Positions 11,294 through 20,990 of a stretch of DNA of 64,000 nucleotides are shown here, piece by piece; position 1 is the first letter of the stretch, and each line of letters opens with the position of its first letter. Both the position numbers and the translations under genes were made by a program. Under the pieces are notes generated by a model, which was not told the DNA's origin, did no database searches, and worked only from the letters and a program-made list of their open reading frames with translations. Origin of the DNA: an uncultured Erythrobacter sp. (lineage in GTDB: Bacteria; Pseudomonadota; Alphaproteobacteria; Sphingomonadales; Sphingomonadaceae); NCBI GenBank assembly GCA_947503155.1, contig CANNCL010000002.1:676637-740636 (forward strand). Reading direction: 5' to 3'.

Positions 11294-11341
11294 GTTCGGC
11301 GTCACGCTTCAATCATGCGGCAAGACACACGCGGCGCTCGA

Positions 11342-13279
11342 TCAGCTTTCGCCGGCGAGCGTCTTGCGCAGTGCCTCAATCGCGTCCTCATTACGCTCAA
11401 CGCCGACTTCTTCGCGGATCGCGCGGGATAGCTGCGCATTATATTCCGCGACCAAGGCAGGGGCGAGCTGTTCACGGGTCTGGGTCAACAATTCCTCATT
11501 GCCTTCGATCGGATCGGTCTCAATCGTGTCGAGATCAACGACGAACCAGCCAGCATCGCCCCCTTCCTCAAGCACTTTGGTCGAATCGCGGGCCATCGAA
11601 AACAACAATACCAGCGGTGCAGGAATGCGTTGGTTTTCCGCCGACAATAATTCTGTGCGGCGCAGATCAATATCTTCAACCTGCGTCAGCTCAGCGTCTT
11701 CTGCGGCCATCGCTGCTGTGACTGTCGCACCGCCGCGGACCGCTTCCAAAATCCGGTTGGCCGCTTCGCCTGCCAATTTTGCGCCTTCGGCCCTGCGCCA
11801 GCCATTCACCGCTTGATCGCGAATCTCGGCAAGCGGCGGAGCGGCGCTTTCGGTGATATCCGACACATCAAAGATCATGAATTGCGCACCCGGCACCAGT
11901 TCGGCAAGCTGCGGTTCGCCTTCATCCATTTGGAATGACGTATCTAGGATCGGGCGCAGCGCGGGACTGATCCCTTGTTGCAGCGCCCCAAACACACGGC
12001 CATCGGCCATCACATCAGGGATGACATTCACTTCTAAGCCAAATTCGGTCGCGACATCGGTCAGCGACGTACCGGTATCAACTTTCTCCTCGATGCGGCT
12101 GCTTAGGTCGATCAAGGCGCCAACACGCGCCTCGTTACGCAATTCCAGCGCAATTTCATCGCTAACCTCAGCCAAGCTGCGCGCCGGGATACGTTCGACA
12201 TTATCGACCCGCGCGACATAGAAACCGAGAGCGGCGCGGGCAGGTACGACAATAGCGCCATCATCGGCGGCAAAAACATTCGCGGCCAGAGCGGCGCTGG
12301 TCGATGCAGCTATGCCGTCTTGGTCCAGCAATTCGCCCGGAGACACTTGGAAACCGGCCTCTGCCGCGGCTGCTTCCAATGAAACGCCCCCGCGAATGCG
12401 GGTGACGAGCGCCTGAGCTGCTGCTTGAGTGGGGACGACAAAAGAGCTGATCGCGCGGCGTTCACCGGCGTCGTAACGGTCAGAGTTTTGTTCGTAGCGC
12501 GCGGCGATTTGCTCCGCACTCGGATCGAGATTCGCAGTGACATTGGCCGCACCGAACGCGGCAAAGCGGATTGTGCGGCGTTCCGGCAGAATGAAATCGT
12601 CACGGCTTTCGGTGTAATATTCGGTCAGCTGTTCATCCGTCGGATCGCCCTCTGGGGCAAAGACCGCGCTCGATACCAAACCGATCTGACCGCGCCGCCG
12701 CTCCAGCACCAGAGCCGCATATTGCCGCGCTGCTGCTTCTGGCATTTGCGGCGCAGCAAAGGCGGGGCGCAAAAGCTGTTGAGCCAGCAAACCATCGCCA
12801 ATATCGCGGCGCAGGATTGCATCGGTGATCCCCTGACGGCGCAATGCCGCCTGATACGTTGCCTGATCAAATTCGCCGGTCAGGCTTCGAAACGCTTGGA
12901 TCTGGAGAATTTCGCTGTTGATAAGATTGTCACCGGCCCGCAGGCCGTAATCCTGGGCAAACATACCGACCGAATATCTGTCGATAAGCAGCTCCAGCTC
13001 GCCCTCAAGGCCGCCGCCGGCCACAAATTGCGGCATTGTGATCGTCGGGTTGTCGTCGCGCGCGCGGTCCAGAGCGTTGCTCATCGCGCCGTTCATTTCA
13101 CTGGCCGAAATACCGTCATTGCCAACAACCGCGACTTTATCGTCGCCGGTCAACCCGCCGAAAGTTGTTGAGCCGCCAATATCGCTCGCGGCGAATGCCA
13201 ACGCCACGATAATTAGAAAACCAATAAAAATTGGCAGTCCGATTTTCGACTGGAAGAAATTGCGAAACATCGAAATCAT
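11342..13279 (-). CDS. SurA/PpiD-like membrane-anchored periplasmic chaperone (peptidylprolyl isomerase family)
   Basis: N-terminal TM anchor (MISMFRNFFQSKIGLPIF), long helical SurA-type body, and the usual position between trpE and tpiA. Confidence 0.8.
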   Translation of the reverse strand: MISMFRNFFQSKIGLPIFIGFLIIVALAFAASDIGGSTTFGGLTGDDKVAVVGNDGISASEMNGAMSNALDRARDDNPTITMPQFVAGGGLEGELELLIDRYSVGMFAQDYGLRAGDNLINSEILQIQAFRSLTGEFDQATYQAALRRQGITDAILRRDIGDGLLAQQLLRPAFAAPQMPEAAARQYAALVLERRRGQIGLVSSAVFAPEGDPTDEQLTEYYTESRDDFILPERRTIRFAAFGAANVTANLDPSAEQIAARYEQNSDRYDAGERRAISSFVVPTQAAAQALVTRIRGGVSLEAAAAEAGFQVSPGELLDQDGIAASTSAALAANVFAADDGAIVVPARAALGFYVARVDNVERIPARSLAEVSDEIALELRNEARVGALIDLSSRIEEKVDTGTSLTDVATEFGLEVNVIPDVMADGRVFGALQQGISPALRPILDTSFQMDEGEPQLAELVPGAQFMIFDVSDITESAAPPLAEIRDQAVNGWRRAEGAKLAGEAANRILEAVRGGATVTAAMAAEDAELTQVEDIDLRRTELLSAENQRIPAPLVLLFSMARDSTKVLEEGGDAGWFVVDLDTIETDPIEGNEELLTQTREQLAPALVAEYNAQLSRAIREEVGVERNEDAIEALRKTLAGES

Positions 13280-13599
13280 TGTGAGGTTCTTCCCGGTATT
13301 CGTATTCGCGCATTGGGTATTCACCCGGTTACTTGTGCGAATATTTGACTGTATTCTGACCAAAGCCGTAGGGTCAGCCTGTGGATCGGAGCATTTTTGT
13401 GCCTACAAAGACGGTCGTGCAGTTCGTACAAACGACTTTATCGGCGCTTTATCCGCTCTTTATCTACCCTGCGACCTCGCGGCAACAGGTTGGATGAGCT
13501 TTTGACTAAAACACAGGGGTCAGCTAGCGGACGCCCCCCTTGGACCCTACATCGGGCATCCAGAATCGAATTTACCCCTTTTGTCTTCAGGATAATGTG

Positions 13600-14364
13600 A
13601 TGCCCCTGCGGCCCTACATCGTTGGAAACTGGAAAATGCATGGCACCAGAGCCACGCTTTCCGAAGCGCGCGCGATTGACCGCGCAGCGCAGCGCCACAT
13701 GAAAGTGGAGGTGGCCATCGCGCCGCCATACACATTGATTCATCCCGTCCACCGCGAGGCAGAACAGATTGGTGTTGGCGCGCAAGATTGCCATGATCAG
13801 GAAAGCGGCGCGCATACCGGCGAAATTTCTGCGGCAATGATTGCGGATGCCGGCGCAAAATTTGTGATCCTTGGTCATAGCGAACGGCGCGAGGCGCAAT
13901 CAGAGAATGATGCTTTGATCCGCGCTAAGGCAGAAGCGGCGCTGGCCGCGGGATTGCGGGTCATCATGTGCTGCGGAGAATCAGAAAAGGTCCGCGATGC
14001 GGGCCGCGCTGTCGCGCATGTGAAGAAGCAATTGAAAGCGTCACTGCCTGAGGGAATCGAAGGGGCGAGCGAGAAATTGACCGTTGCCTATGAACCCATC
14101 TGGGCGATTGGCACCGGCAAGACCGCGACGCCTGACGACATTGCAGAAATGCACGGCGAAATCCGCAAATTGCTCATCAAATTGTTTGGCGAAGAAGAAG
14201 GCGCAGAAGTGCGCATTCTGTATGGCGGTTCGGTAAAGCCTGAAAACGCTGGCGAAATTTTGAACGTAGCAGAGGTTGGCGGCGCGCTTGTCGGCGGGGC
14301 GAGCCTGACTGCGGACAGTTTCATGGGTATCGCGTTGGCGGCCGGTGAGGCTGAGGAAATCTAA
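13600..14364 (+). CDS. tpiA: Triosephosphate isomerase
   Basis: GNWKM, GAHTGE, ILGHSERR, AYEPIWAIGTG, YGGSV and LVGGASL motifs. Confidence 0.97.
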   Translation: MPLRPYIVGNWKMHGTRATLSEARAIDRAAQRHMKVEVAIAPPYTLIHPVHREAEQIGVGAQDCHDQESGAHTGEISAAMIADAGAKFVILGHSERREAQSENDALIRAKAEAALAAGLRVIMCCGESEKVRDAGRAVAHVKKQLKASLPEGIEGASEKLTVAYEPIWAIGTGKTATPDDIAEMHGEIRKLLIKLFGEEEGAEVRILYGGSVKPENAGEILNVAEVGGALVGGASLTADSFMGIALAAGEAEEI

Positions 14365-14456
14365 GCCGCATTTTCGTAAGCTGTCCCGTAACCTTGCCTA
14401 TGAGGCCGCGCGTCCCTAGATGCGCTTCACTCAATAGTCAGATTTAGAAGAAACTC

Positions 14457-14855
14457 ATGTCGCTGTTCATAATCCTCACCGTTATTCAGGCCATCGTGGC
14501 CGCTGCGCTGGTTGGCGTCGTGCTGATGCAGCGTTCTGAAGGCGGGGGGCTTGGCATTGGCGGGAACCCTTCGGGTGCATTGGGCGCGCGCGGGGCGGCG
14601 GATTTCCTGACGCGGTCAACGAAATGGCTGGCGGTTGCGTTTGTAACGCTGTCGATTGTGCTCGCGGCTGTTGCGGTTAGCGAATCGAGCGTTGGTGAAG
14701 TGACATCTGATCTCGACCGTGATGTCTCTGCGCCGACGACCGAAGATCTTTTGGGAGCGCCCGCTGGCGGTGATGCACCCGCAGAAGAAGGCGGTGCGGC
14801 GTCCGCAGAAGATCTGCTCGGCGCACCTGCTCCGGCTGAAACGCCAGCTGAATAG
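14457..14855 (+). CDS. secG: Preprotein translocase subunit SecG
   Basis: VLMQRSEGGGLG motif, two TM helices, tpiA-secG-pyrG synteny; acidic C-terminal tail with EDLLGAPA twice. Confidence 0.93.
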   Translation: MSLFIILTVIQAIVAAALVGVVLMQRSEGGGLGIGGNPSGALGARGAADFLTRSTKWLAVAFVTLSIVLAAVAVSESSVGEVTSDLDRDVSAPTTEDLLGAPAGGDAPAEEGGAASAEDLLGAPAPAETPAE

Positions 14856-14993
14856 TCTGATCCGGGTTTGGGCTGGCACAGTTGCCCGTTTGCCCTCGAT
14901 TACCCTTCAAAACCCACTTTTTTGATCAAGCTTGTGGATTGCGGGCCTTTGGCTTGCGCAATTTGCTTGCGCCGAATCCCCTCACACCCTTAA

Positions 14994-16643
<1,650 letters not shown>

Positions 16644-16989
16644 TCGGTCGGCGGTTCGATGGTGCGGTGGGGTGAATTAGTCTTTGCGGCTAACATGTTA
16701 ACCGTAATGACCGGTGGCTGCGCATTTGCCGTGCGACGCTGCGCGCAATATCTCGCGCCTCATCCTGCGTATTGTATCGGATATCACCCTTTATCTGATC
16801 GTATGTGTCGTCTTTGTACAAGGAGGTGAAATTCCACTTGCACACGAGGCTTTTTGCGTCATACGCATCAGCAACCTACAGGTTTTCATAAGGGGCACGC
16901 ATCGGGGGATGCGGCGGATTTGAAGGCTTTTAGGCGTGACGGGGTTTCACAATGAGTTTTGCAGCGCGCCAATTTTAATGGTGCCTAAA

Positions 16990-17110
16990 ATCACGCTGCA
17001 TCTGAGCTCGCGCCAGATTTGACCGTCTTCTGCGACCCGGACGGTCAGGGTTGGACGAGGCGACTTTTTAGTCGCGGGGGCGGGTCCGCAAGGGCCGCCC
17101 CCACTTTATT
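16990..17110 (+). ncRNA. Candidate small RNA: three hairpins ending in an intrinsic-terminator-like stem
   Basis: Stems TGACCGTC/GACGGTCA (17020-47) and GCGAC/GTCGC (17060-75), then a GC-rich stem with GCAA tetraloop (17076-17102) followed by ACTTTATTT. No long ORF lies upstream. The 5' end is unknown. Confidence 0.4.
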
Positions 17111-17141
17111 TGACCAATCGTATTTTGGATTCTTGGATCAA

Positions 17142-17162
17142 TCAGGCTTCAATTAAGCCTGA
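17142..17162. terminator. Perfect 8-bp hairpin just downstream of the hsp20 stop
   Basis: TCAGGCTT-CAATT-AAGCCTGA; the U-tract is weak. Confidence 0.4.
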
Positions 17163-17173
17163 GTTAGCCCCAA

Positions 17174-17653
17174 TTAAGCAGCGTCGGCTGCCTTCTTATC
17201 ATCGGTCGATGGAACAGCAGTTAGCGTCGCTCCGCCATTCACCGCGATCTTTTTCGGCTTCATCGCATCCGGCACTTCGCGCACCAGATCAACGATCAGC
17301 AGACCATCGGCCAAATCGGCATTTTCCACACGGACATAATCCGCCAATTCAAACCGGCGTTCAAACCCGCGATTGGCGATCCCGACATGCAGTAATTCTG
17401 CGCCATCATCGATATCGTCGCGCTTCTTGCCTTGCACCGTCAGCAAATTGGCCTGTGCGGTGATATCAATATCCTGAGCACGGAATCCCGCCACAGCCAG
17501 TGTGATGCGGTAATTGTCTTCGCCGCTTTTTGAGATGTTGAAAGGGGGGTAATTGTCGCCCGAATTCGCGCGCGCCTGACTTTCGAGCATGTCGAAGAGC
17601 CGGTCAAAACCAACGGTGCTGCGGCGATAGGGGGTAAAATCAAGACGTGACAT
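17174..17653 (-). CDS. Small heat-shock protein, Hsp20/IbpA family
   Basis: MSRLDFTPYRRSTVGFDRLF, NYPPFNI, LAVAGF, GIANRGFERRFELAD and A.L.DGLL motifs; SD AGGA before ATG 17653. Confidence 0.95.
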   Translation of the reverse strand: MSRLDFTPYRRSTVGFDRLFDMLESQARANSGDNYPPFNISKSGEDNYRITLAVAGFRAQDIDITAQANLLTVQGKKRDDIDDGAELLHVGIANRGFERRFELADYVRVENADLADGLLIVDLVREVPDAMKPKKIAVNGGATLTAVPSTDDKKAADAA

Positions 17654-17720
17654 AGTTTCAAATCCTCTGCTTTGAGCAATCTGTGTTCGTTTGCAGACCT
17701 GCGTCATGCAGCGCCTGCGG
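17654..17720 (-). promoter_or_regulatory. ROSE-type RNA thermometer in the hsp20 5' UTR
   Basis: CAGAUUGCU pairs with AGGAUUUG (the SD) with a bulged G, the ROSE U(U/C)GCU hallmark. An upstream hairpin is GCAGGC-G-CUGC/GCAG-GUCUGC. Confidence 0.75.
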
Positions 17721-17785
17721 CTTTGCCGGTTCCTTTTACGAAAAGGACTGTTCCCCAAGACTGGCGGAACGCGCCGACACACATT

Positions 17786-17813
17786 AGTTAGGGCTGACAA
17801 ATCTGCTTTCAAG
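17786..17813 (-). promoter_or_regulatory. RpoH (sigma32)-type promoter of hsp20
   Basis: CTTG-N17-CCTAACT, one mismatch to the alphaproteobacterial CTTG-N17-CYTATNT consensus. Confidence 0.65.
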
Positions 17814-17843
17814 AGGTCCAATCCGGGCCGAACGGGACAAAAT

Positions 17844-18107
17844 ATGACGACTCCTAAGATCGATATTTACACCAAATTCACATGCCCTTTTTGCGTCCGT
17901 GCGAAACGGTTGCTGTCAAACAAGGGTGCCGAGTTCAATGAATTCGATATTTCGATGGGCGGCCCAAAGCGCGAGCAAATGATCGCGCGCGCACCGCAGG
18001 CGCGGACCGTGCCGCAAATCTTCATCGGCGATGTCCATGTCGGCGGTTCGGATGAATTGGCTGCGTTAGACGCCAGCGGCGAGCTCGACGCGCTGCTGGC
18101 GGGATAA
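17844..18107 (+). CDS. grxC: Glutaredoxin 3
   Basis: CPFC active site; TVPQIFIGDVHVGGSD motif. Confidence 0.93.
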   Translation: MTTPKIDIYTKFTCPFCVRAKRLLSNKGAEFNEFDISMGGPKREQMIARAPQARTVPQIFIGDVHVGGSDELAALDASGELDALLAG

Positions 18108-18116
18108 CCGGCCAAC

Positions 18117-18935
18117 ATGCCCAAAATCGCTGTCTTGCAAATGACTTCGGGGATCGATCCTGAGGAGAATTTTCGTACGATTACACAAGCTGCGAGCGAC
18201 GCGTACCACAACGGAGCGAAGATACTTTTCATTCCTGAGATGGCCCTGCTGCTAGACCGAAATCGCAATCGCGCGAAGCAATGGGTTGAAAGCGACAGCC
18301 CGGATCAAATGGCCGCGCGAATGGCTTCCTCTGCCCAGTTTTTGGAGATTGATATCGCTCTGGGCTCTATGCCGGTAAGCGCTCGCGACGGAAGGTGGGC
18401 CAATCGTTCAATGTATTTCTCGGCGAGCCATAACCGGGTCGAGACCTACGACAAGATGCACATGTTCGACGTAAAACTCGCGAATGGAGAATCTTGGCAA
18501 GAGAGTGCGGCTTATGAGCCCGGGCGAGATGTGATCACAATTGAGGAAACGCCGGTTGGACGGCTTGGCCTGACTGTTTGTTATGATGTGCGTTTCCCTG
18601 CTTTGTTTGAAGCGCTCGGAAAACGTTGGTGCGACGTAATCGCAGTCCCTGCTGCTTTCACGCAACCGACAGGCGAAGCGCATTGGCACGTCCTACTGCG
18701 CGCGCGCGCCATCGAAGCGAGCGCGTTTGTCATCGCCGCCGCGCAAGTTGGCAAACATGCCGATGGGCGGGAAACTTATGGGCATTCGCTTGTGGTTGAT
18801 CCGTGGGGCGAAGTGCTGCTGGATATGGGCGGTGATGCGCCCGGTCTTGGGTTTTGCGACATTGATCTTTCGCGTATCGCAGAGGTCCGAGCGCAGGTGC
18901 CCAGCCTTGCCAATCGCCGCGAAATGCCCAACTAG
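18117..18935 (+). CDS. Carbon-nitrogen hydrolase (Nit-like amidase)
   Basis: Catalytic triad motifs FIPE, YDKMH and VCYDVRFP; THGHSL-like TYGHSLVVDPWG. Confidence 0.9.
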   Translation: MPKIAVLQMTSGIDPEENFRTITQAASDAYHNGAKILFIPEMALLLDRNRNRAKQWVESDSPDQMAARMASSAQFLEIDIALGSMPVSARDGRWANRSMYFSASHNRVETYDKMHMFDVKLANGESWQESAAYEPGRDVITIEETPVGRLGLTVCYDVRFPALFEALGKRWCDVIAVPAAFTQPTGEAHWHVLLRARAIEASAFVIAAAQVGKHADGRETYGHSLVVDPWGEVLLDMGGDAPGLGFCDIDLSRIAEVRAQVPSLANRREMPN

Positions 18936-18943
18936 GTTGCACC

Positions 18944-19486
18944 ATGATTGTATTCGATCTTCAATGTGATCACAGCCACCGATTTGAAGGGTGGTTTGGT
19001 TCCTCCTCTGACTATGAGGAGCAGCAATTGCGCGGGCTCGTCACCTGCCCCGAATGCGGATCTGGCGAAGTGGTAAAAGCAGTGATGGCACCCGCTGTCG
19101 GTGCCAAAGGCAACACGAAGAGCGGTGCGGAAAGCACCGGTCAAATCGCGGAACGTCCGGCGCAGACTGGCTCGCAAGCTGGCTCGCAAGTCGGCCCGCA
19201 AGATGGCGGCAGCGCAGGGGCACAGCCGGTGTCGAACAAGCCGATGCCTGCTGAGGTGAAACAAGCGTTAAAAGCGCTCGCGAAGGCTCAAGAAAAAGCG
19301 CTCAAAGGCAGCACTTGGGTCGGCAAGGACTTCGCCAAAGCGTCGCGCGAGATGCATTACGGAGAGCGGGATCAATCCGCGATCCACGGCCAAGCCAGCA
19401 TCGAAGAAGCACAAGCGCTCGCGGATGAAGGCGTGCAAGTGGCGGCATTGCCGTTCCCGATTGCCCCACCTGACAAACTGAATTGA
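18944..19486 (+). CDS. DUF1178 family protein
   Basis: MIVFDLQCDHSHRFEGWF, CPECG, WVG..FA and MHYGE motifs; grxC-nit-DUF1178 synteny. Confidence 0.85.
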   Translation: MIVFDLQCDHSHRFEGWFGSSSDYEEQQLRGLVTCPECGSGEVVKAVMAPAVGAKGNTKSGAESTGQIAERPAQTGSQAGSQVGPQDGGSAGAQPVSNKPMPAEVKQALKALAKAQEKALKGSTWVGKDFAKASREMHYGERDQSAIHGQASIEEAQALADEGVQVAALPFPIAPPDKLN

Positions 19487-19519
19487 TTAGAGGGCTGGCG
19501 GTGCTATTGGACATCGCGG

Positions 19520-19593
19520 GACCCCGTAGCTCAGCCGGATAGAGCACCAGATTCCTAATCTGGGGGCCGCGCGTTCGAATCGCGCCGGGGCCA
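19520..19593 (+). tRNA. tRNA-Arg(CCT), CCA end not encoded
   Basis: Cloverleaf: D arm GCTC/GAGC with A20; anticodon arm CCAGA-TT-CCT-AA-TCTGG; T arm GCGCG-TTCGAAT-CGCGC; acceptor GACCCCG/CGGGGCC with an A2:C71 mismatch. Confidence 0.93.
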
Positions 19594-19605
19594 CGTTTTT
19601 GTCTG

Positions 19606-19700
19606 CGCACCCCATCCGGGGTGCGATGTCCTCGCGCCTTTGGCTCTGCGGGCGGGCGCCTGATCCCTTTGGCGCCCTTGCGGTCAGCTTTGCTGACCGA
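19606..19700. repeat. Cluster of four consecutive hairpins (REP/MITE-like or structured RNA)
   Basis: CGCACCCC/GGGGTGCG, CTCGC..GCC-TTT-GGC..GCGGG, GGGCGCC/GGCGCCC and CGGTCAGC/GCTGACCG. Confidence 0.55.
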
Positions 19701-19758
19701 GCTTCGCCGCTTGGCCAGATTGGGTGAGGGAGGTAATCCGAAACGGTGGCTGAGCAGG

Positions 19759-20973
19759 CTACTTCGCGCGCGCATTCCACGTTCGGTCTGCCCAGAATGA
19801 CAGGATCACCACCCCTGACGATATGCCCGCAAGCAGCGCGCACGTGCCCGCCCACCCGCCAAAATCATAGATCGCTGTGCTCGCAATGCTGCCCAATGCG
19901 CCGCCCAGGAACATGATGACGATATAACTTGTGGTCAGGCGTGTTCGGATCGCTGGTTCTAGCGCCAAGAACGTCATCCGGCCCGTTACATCCACCGTCG
20001 GCCCCACGATATTGATCAGCACCAGCGGGACCAGCACCGTCCACACATTCCAGCCCAATGGATACATCAGCGCAATACCGATCATTTGAACCACTGCAGC
20101 AATGAGGCGCGCCCGGCGCGCGCCGATCCGGTCTGCCCAGCGGCCAAGGCGCGGGGTGGAAAATATGCTGATCGCAGCAATCCCGGCGAGATAACCGACC
20201 GTATCAACACCATATCCCAATTCATCGCCCGTCAGGTGCAGGGCAAGTGCCAACCACGTCGCGGTGAAGGCGGCAAAATTCAAACCCTGTATCGCGGCAG
20301 AAACCAACATATCGCGGTGCGAGCGGGCAAGGGTGAAGACCGAGGCGAGCAATTGAACATATGATCCCTGCGGTTCTTTGCGCGCCGCGCCCGCTGATTT
20401 CAGCGTCAGCGGCAAGATCATTGTCACACCGGCCATCAACACAAAGGCGCACCAATATACCGCGCGCCAGCCAAAATTCTCCGCGACAATCCCTGCGCCC
20501 ACACGGGCCACCAAAATACCAAAAATCACCCCTGCGGTAAGCAGAGCAGTGACTTGGCCAAGCCGGTTAGGAGCGACCCGTTTGGAGGCAAAGGCGGGGA
20601 TCAAATACGGCGCAATCGTCACAAAGCCGAGCAGCGTTGAGGCGACTGTAAACGCCGCAAAACCCTCTGCCAGCGCCATGCCCAACATGAACACGCATTG
20701 CGCGGTGACAAAGCCAATACATAGCGACTTGTTCGAATACCGATCACCCAGCGGCAACAGCAGCAGAATACCCAGCGCCAACGCCAATTGGTTGAGCGCA
20801 GGGACGATCCCAATGCGCGCATCGCTAACGCCGAAATCGCGCGCGACTTCGCCAATGATCGGGTGAATGTAATAGGCATTGGCCGTGACGACCGCGACCG
20901 TCACGGCCAATGCGTATTCTTGCCCCCGGCTCAGGAATGCAGGCGCCTGATGGTCATTAGAACCACCGGCCAA
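19759..20973 (-). CDS. MFS transporter (YnfM/YdhP-like)
   Basis: About 12 TM helices; PLGDRYSNK and GRWADRIGARR MFS motif-A loops. TTG start is uncertain. Confidence 0.85.
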   Translation of the reverse strand: MAGGSNDHQAPAFLSRGQEYALAVTVAVVTANAYYIHPIIGEVARDFGVSDARIGIVPALNQLALALGILLLLPLGDRYSNKSLCIGFVTAQCVFMLGMALAEGFAAFTVASTLLGFVTIAPYLIPAFASKRVAPNRLGQVTALLTAGVIFGILVARVGAGIVAENFGWRAVYWCAFVLMAGVTMILPLTLKSAGAARKEPQGSYVQLLASVFTLARSHRDMLVSAAIQGLNFAAFTATWLALALHLTGDELGYGVDTVGYLAGIAAISIFSTPRLGRWADRIGARRARLIAAVVQMIGIALMYPLGWNVWTVLVPLVLINIVGPTVDVTGRMTFLALEPAIRTRLTTSYIVIMFLGGALGSIASTAIYDFGGWAGTCALLAGISSGVVILSFWADRTWNARAK

Positions 20974-20990
20974 ATCTGCGTGCGTCTGGT

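Noticed and set aside
16714-16923. 69-aa ORF in the ORF track
   Set aside because: No SD at its start, no recognisable motif, and atypical composition.
16644-17173. tmRNA, RNase P, SRP or 6S RNA in the large intergenic region
   Set aside because: No tag-peptide ORF ending in AA*, no GAGGAAAGTCC and no SRP GGAA/AGCAG loop; 6S could not be supported by eye. Kept only as an unnamed sRNA candidate.
19487-19855. ORFs overlapping the tRNA
   Set aside because: Shadow ORFs of tRNA-Arg and the hairpin cluster.
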